Source of the DNA: Eledone cirrhosa
Lineage: Eukaryota
Length of the DNA stretch: 64,000 nucleotides
Direction of reading: 5' to 3'
Assembly (NCBI GenBank): GCA_964016885.1
Contig: OZ024741.1
Location: 186,248,001 to 186,312,000 of the forward strand
Part shown: positions 58,858-64,000 of the stretch, piece by piece
Numbering within the stretch: the stretch's first letter is position 1
How the letters are laid out: each line of letters begins with the position of its first letter
The notes under the pieces: model-generated
The model's database searches: none
Seen by the model: the letters and a program-made list of their open reading frames with translations, nothing else
Told to the model about the DNA's origin: nothing
Made by a program: the position numbers and the translations under genes

Positions 58858-60304
58858 CTTTTTTTGTTTAATATAAGGAATTGTTTATTCATTATTTGTT
58901 TAATATTTTATATATATATATATATATATATACATTTTATACGAACTCTGTGGTTATGCGAGGATAAGTTAAACTGTTTATAATCACATTAAACCGCAAT
59001 ATTGTGTTGATTCCTCTTTTCATATATACGTAGTTAGAGGCGGGAAGGAGACGGTAGGATAACTACATATTGTTAAATGTTACAGTTTGTCAACGACAGA
59101 GAAAGTGTCTAGTCTAAATCTTGTGAAGAATTTTGTTTATGTAAGCTGAATTATAAAAATTGCAATTCACGATAGCGGTCTTCGAGCAGGAACTATAATT
59201 TACCAGAATTTATATTCAATAGAACAGGGTTTTCATTTATTAGGGTTTTCATTAGGCTAGTTGCTAATGTGGATTATGGTGGCTTAAATATATATATATT
59301 TAAAAAATAGTAAAAAAAAAAAAAAAGAATAAAATGCTAAAGGGATTTTCTTTCAGAATAACATCAAAACATTTATTTACAAAATAAGAATTTCCGTATC
59401 TAACAAAACTGATTGATCCATGCTACCACCACTGTTGGTAGGGCTAAGGTTTGCACTAAGAGAGAAAGAAAGAAAACTACAGACAAAATTGTGAACTTTT
59501 GTCCCTAAATATCTATGTAAAAACAAAACTTTTCCCCCCATATTCTTATTATTCTTATTAACATGCAATTTAATTACATTATACACTTCCGTCGTGTGAA
59601 AAAGCGTATAAGTTGAAACCGGTACAATTAAATGCGGCAATTCCTATTTTGTAAATAAATGTTTTGATGTCATTCTAAGAGAAAATCCCTTTCTACTGTT
59701 CTTTTTTTATTTATTTTTTATTTTTTACGTATATCAACTCTTGGGTTACTTTTCTACATTCCATATTTATATGATAAAGTTTTATTTATATAAATACAGA
59801 ATGTGTAACAGCGACTGAATGAACGTGTATAAATATATACACACATCTATTTTGCAGGCATGTTAGCAGACCAGGAAATATGAATTTCCCTGTAAATGGA
59901 AAAAAAATGATAAATAACTTTAATCGATTTTTCGATTTTATTGAAGCCTCTTCAGAAGTGTGTACACCATCCAATCAATCACAAGTAAACATGTATTTGA
60001 AGGATGTATATACCCATTGCATATAATTATCGCTGATGCTGGTAATTAATCAATATATACAGTAAGTAGTCGAAGTGTATGATAATGTTATATCTGTTTA
60101 AATACAAAGCGTGTAATCGAGACTGGACCAACGAGTGAAAATACAAAATTCTATATTCGATTAATGATGTTTATCTGGCATGTTTAAATGCCTGCAAAAT
60201 AGATATATGTATATATTTACACACGTTGGTGCAATCTCGGTACACGCTCTGTATTTATACAGATATAACTTTATCGTACACTTCGAATGTTAACGCACCT
60301 TTTA

Positions 60305-60399
<95 letters not shown>

Positions 60400-60621
60400 A
60401 ATATATAGAAGGTAAGGCGACACAAATGAGAGATGGACAGTTTAAATTCGTAAGTTGTCTACGACGGGTGACGGATATTTTGACGTCGCCGAAACATCGT
60501 GACCCGTAATAGACAACTGACAAAAGGAAAAACTGTCCATCTCTGGTTTGTGTCGCCTTACATTCTAAACACTCGTTATCTGTAACGTAACCACACAGAC
60601 GCAGCGTGTCTCCCTCAATTC

Positions 60622-60680
<59 letters not shown>

Positions 60681-60963
60681 ATATATATATATATATAAAT
60701 TAATAAAAACAATGAATAAAAAGAAGAAACACTTCCTTATACTAAACAATTCATTATTTTACGATCTTTTCTAGGATATATATGTGTGTGTTGGTATGTA
60801 TATCATATAGATCTATGTAAAAATTTTACAAACTATCAGAGGGAATATACATACCTACAAATATATATGCTGTCTTCAGAAATAATAATATATATATAAA
60901 TATATATAGAAATAATATATATATATATATATATACATATATATACAATATATATATATATAT

Positions 60964-60993
<30 letters not shown>

Positions 60994-61000
<7 letters not shown>

Positions 61001-61362
61001 GTGAGGTTTTTTTTACAAAATGAAAAATAACCGAGGTGTCCTACACGAGTGAAAGTATAAAGAAAAAGAGATGAAATCGAAAATGCAACTGGAGTCTTAT
61101 TTTTTTTTTAAATATATATATTTATTTGGTTCCTTTACCGGTTTCGCAGTCCTTCTGCTTTTCAAAAGGTGAGTTGAGATGGAGGGTCTGTGGTTTTTCT
61201 CACATCAGATGTGAGAAAAACCACAGACCCTCCATCTCAACTCACCTTTTGAAAAGCAGAACTGCGAAACCATAAAGGAACCAAATAAATATATATATTT
61301 AAAAAAAATAAATAAAAATAAGACTCCAGTTGCATTTTCGATTTCATCTCTTTTTCTTTATA
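60994..61362. mobile_element. Fold-back element with a one-base loop
   Basis: Arms about 61056-61206 and 61208-61362; HHR 3' half GAAA-CCGG-TA-AAGGAA on the minus strand. Confidence 0.75.
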
Positions 61363-61372
61363 TATATATATA

Positions 61373-61778
61373 GATTTTGAGTTTATGTTGGTTGTATACC
61401 AACACCTCAGTATGCAGGCTGGATCACTCGACGAAGTGCGCAGGTTGGTTTGGTTACTCCGGAGTAGTGTAAAATAAAGTTAAATAAAAGTCAAATGATT
61501 AAAATTTAGCTTCGTTTATTACTGCTATATATATTTCAGTGACAGCCATCTTTGGCTGTGACCTCTTCAGGCAGTTTGAGTTAGTGTGGTATAGACAAGT
61601 ACATATGTTGTTTAGGTGTATAATATTGTCAATACTCTGATATGCCCAGTTCCTTGTTGGGTTGTTATTTCTAATTCAAACTGCCTGAAGAGGTCACAGC
61701 CAAAGATGGCTGTCACTGAAATATATATAGCAGTAATAAACGAAGCTAAATTTTAATCAATTGACTTTTATTTAACTT

Positions 61779-61786
<8 letters not shown>
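61373..61786. mobile_element. Fold-back HHR element (HHRs 61521-61575 minus, 61680-61734 plus)
   Basis: ACTGC-CTGAAGA-GGT.ACAGCCA/TGGCTGT.ACT-GAAA-TATATA-TA-GCAGT; degenerate relative at 32421-32475. Confidence 0.82.
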
Positions 61787-61842
<56 letters not shown>

Positions 61843-62139
61843 AGAATGAGAGCTCGACGTTTAATTTCAACGTATTTTATTTGTAATCATGTGTAACATA
61901 TATTTCATAAATAATCAGCACGGTACGTTAATCGATTCTAATGACGAATCTGATTGTAATTGAATAAGGTTCGACTTCGTCGTTTGTTAAGCTCATGTTA
62001 AGCGTTATTTCGAAAAAAATATGTTAAACTGAAACTATGATCCTCTCATTCCTAATATAAAGTCTCACAGATAACGTGAACCCTTAAATGTATGTTGCAA
62101 CGCGACGCGACCAGTCGGAATTCACCACCCACTCGAGCA

Positions 62140-62495
62140 ACATGGCCTCCATCAAAACATCAAATTCATTGTGGAAACTAGGGTGGAAAAGCAACCAAAT
62201 AATTGACGCTCTGGAGCAAGTTTAAGGGGATAATGCCCCAAGAAAATTAACAACCCACATTTTAGAAGTAGAAGAGATGAGGTTGAAGATGATCCACAGG
62301 TGAAGATGTAAAAAAGCTGCTTTGACATGGTTTAAATTGCATGGCCGTCAATTTACACAGATATATTTAAAGGCTGGGATCAACGCTTGCAGAAGTGTAT
62401 TGATCTACATGAAGCATGTGTTGAAAAATAAACATCATATCTTAAACTGCTTTTTCCAACTGTCTGTTTTGCACGAATGTTTTGAAGCCCCCTTG
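62140..62495 (+). mobile_element. Internally deleted mariner resembling Hsmar2 (irritans subfamily)
   Basis: NIKF..KLGWK..IIDALEQV.GDNAP..RDEVEDD joined to VKK.ALTWF..GWDQRLQKCIDL....VEK stop; right TIR ..TTTTGAAGCCCCCTTG followed by TA. Confidence 0.75.
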
Positions 62496-62516
62496 TATAT
62501 ATATATATATATATAT

Positions 62517-63441
62517 ATAATAAAAGTATGTGTTTCTACATGTAAATAATACACATAGGGATACAAGTATTGTCCAACCGTATGCCAGTGTGGTTCATTG
62601 GCAAGTTAATAAATTAACAAGCCAGAACATATAAAATCAAGAGAAAACAAATAGAGAAAGAAATTTAAAATAAATTTCAAAAAATTCACTGTACTTACTG
62701 TGTGTGCCTTTACCGCGGTTTCAAATCCCAAACATATAGACAATCCAAGCAGATTTCTATTGAGAAAGAGATCATCGTCAGAAGGCTTTTCTCACTCGGA
62801 GAATATAAAATTCCCGAGTTCAAATTACAGACTGACGCCATATAAAACTGTTCCAGAATGAGAGTGAATGAATGATGAAACAATTTTGCCTACTAGCGTG
62901 TGCAAAGACAGAAAGCGAGGTGGACAGTTCAATCCCGTGCTACTAAAAATAGCAGACGTTCAAACGACCGAAGGTTTCTCTACCGCTGGAGAGAATAATA
63001 ATAAAAGTATGTGTTCCTACATGTAAATAATACACATATGGATACAAGTATTGTCCGACTGTAAGCCAGTGTGGTTCAATGGCAAGTTAATAAATTAACA
63101 AGCCAGAAGATATAAAATCAAGGGAAAGCAAATAGAGAACAAATTTTTTAATAAATTTCAAAAAATTCACTGTACTTAATATGTGTGCCTTTACCGCGGT
63201 TTCAAATCCCAAACATTCTGGAACAGTTTTGTATGGCACCAGTCTGTAATTTGAACTCCGGTATTTTATATTCTCCGAGTGAGAAAAGCCTTCTGACGAT
63301 GCTCTCTTTCTCAATGGAAATCCGCTTGGATTGTCTATTTGTTTGGGATTTGAAACCGCGGTAAAGGCACTCATAGTAAGTACAGTGAATTTTTTGAAAT
63401 TTATTTTAAAATTTTTTCTCTACTTGCTTTCCCTTGATTTT
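62517..63441. mobile_element. ORF-less 481-nt HHR monomer in partial tandem (minus) plus inverted arm (plus)
   Basis: 62520-62735 repeated at 63001-63216; inverted segment 63214-63441; HHRs 62706-62786 minus and 63288-63368 plus; homologous to 23691-24364. Confidence 0.82.
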
Positions 63442-64000
63442 GGCCTCTTAACTTATGTTGTTGCTCTAGTTCACTAGCTTCTATGCTCGCCACACATCTC
63501 GCAAGTTGTTTTTCGCTAATTTCCAATAGCCGAAATACGATTCTCGCTAATTTATATATATGCGTCGAAATACCAACGATAATCAGCAGACTACTGATGA
63601 GGACATTTTATCTCTTGGTCTATGTTTATTCATATGTTCATGTTCGCAACAACGGAGCACGCCATTCTTCATTCACATATTTTGTCCCTTCGCTGTGGTT
63701 CGTATTTTTTCTGTCCCCTTACTGCTATCACCTTTTCTTTCTCCTTCACCTCTTGCTTTCCTCAAATCCCGCTGCTTGTCACTCACTCTCGGCTGGTCCC
63801 TTCCTCACACTTTCACTCACACCCCCTCTCTCACTTCCTCCCGTCTGACCTGCTTGAATTTCTTTCCTCTCTCAATCTTTTCGCGGCTCGGACGTGTCTA
63901 TTTCTCCTCGTCAATTTGATTTGTTGGACTTAAGCCCACAGGATTCATTGACTTGTCTCTATTTTCCTCTCTTTACGTTGCATTACTACCATGTGTTTGT

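Overview
AT-rich animal genomic DNA. The SINE family and repeat spectrum suggest an octopod cephalopod (inference). I see no intact host gene; most ORF-track entries are (TA)n/(CA)n/(GA)n microsatellite translations. The window is a mosaic of mobile DNA joined at (TA)n tracts. It holds six decayed Penelope-like element (PLE) RT/GIY-YIG fragments, an R4/Dong-like RLE LINE, RTE fragments, two Tc1/mariner relics and many tRNA-type SINEs. The main hidden structure is RNA-level: by eye I count about 29 complete type I hammerhead ribozyme (HHR) motifs in about 12 sequence families, plus partial ones. They lie in PLE 3' ends and in ORF-less 480-625 nt tandem monomers (retrozyme-like). Many are inserted as fold-back palindromes whose ends abut (TA)n. 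Two families carry non-canonical cores (UUGAUAA, i.e. U3-A8; and CCGAAGA). Most families have a palindromic stem III whose sequence mostly differs between families, and several fold-back apices fall on the CTGA core. All structures were read by eye; no folding or database search was run.
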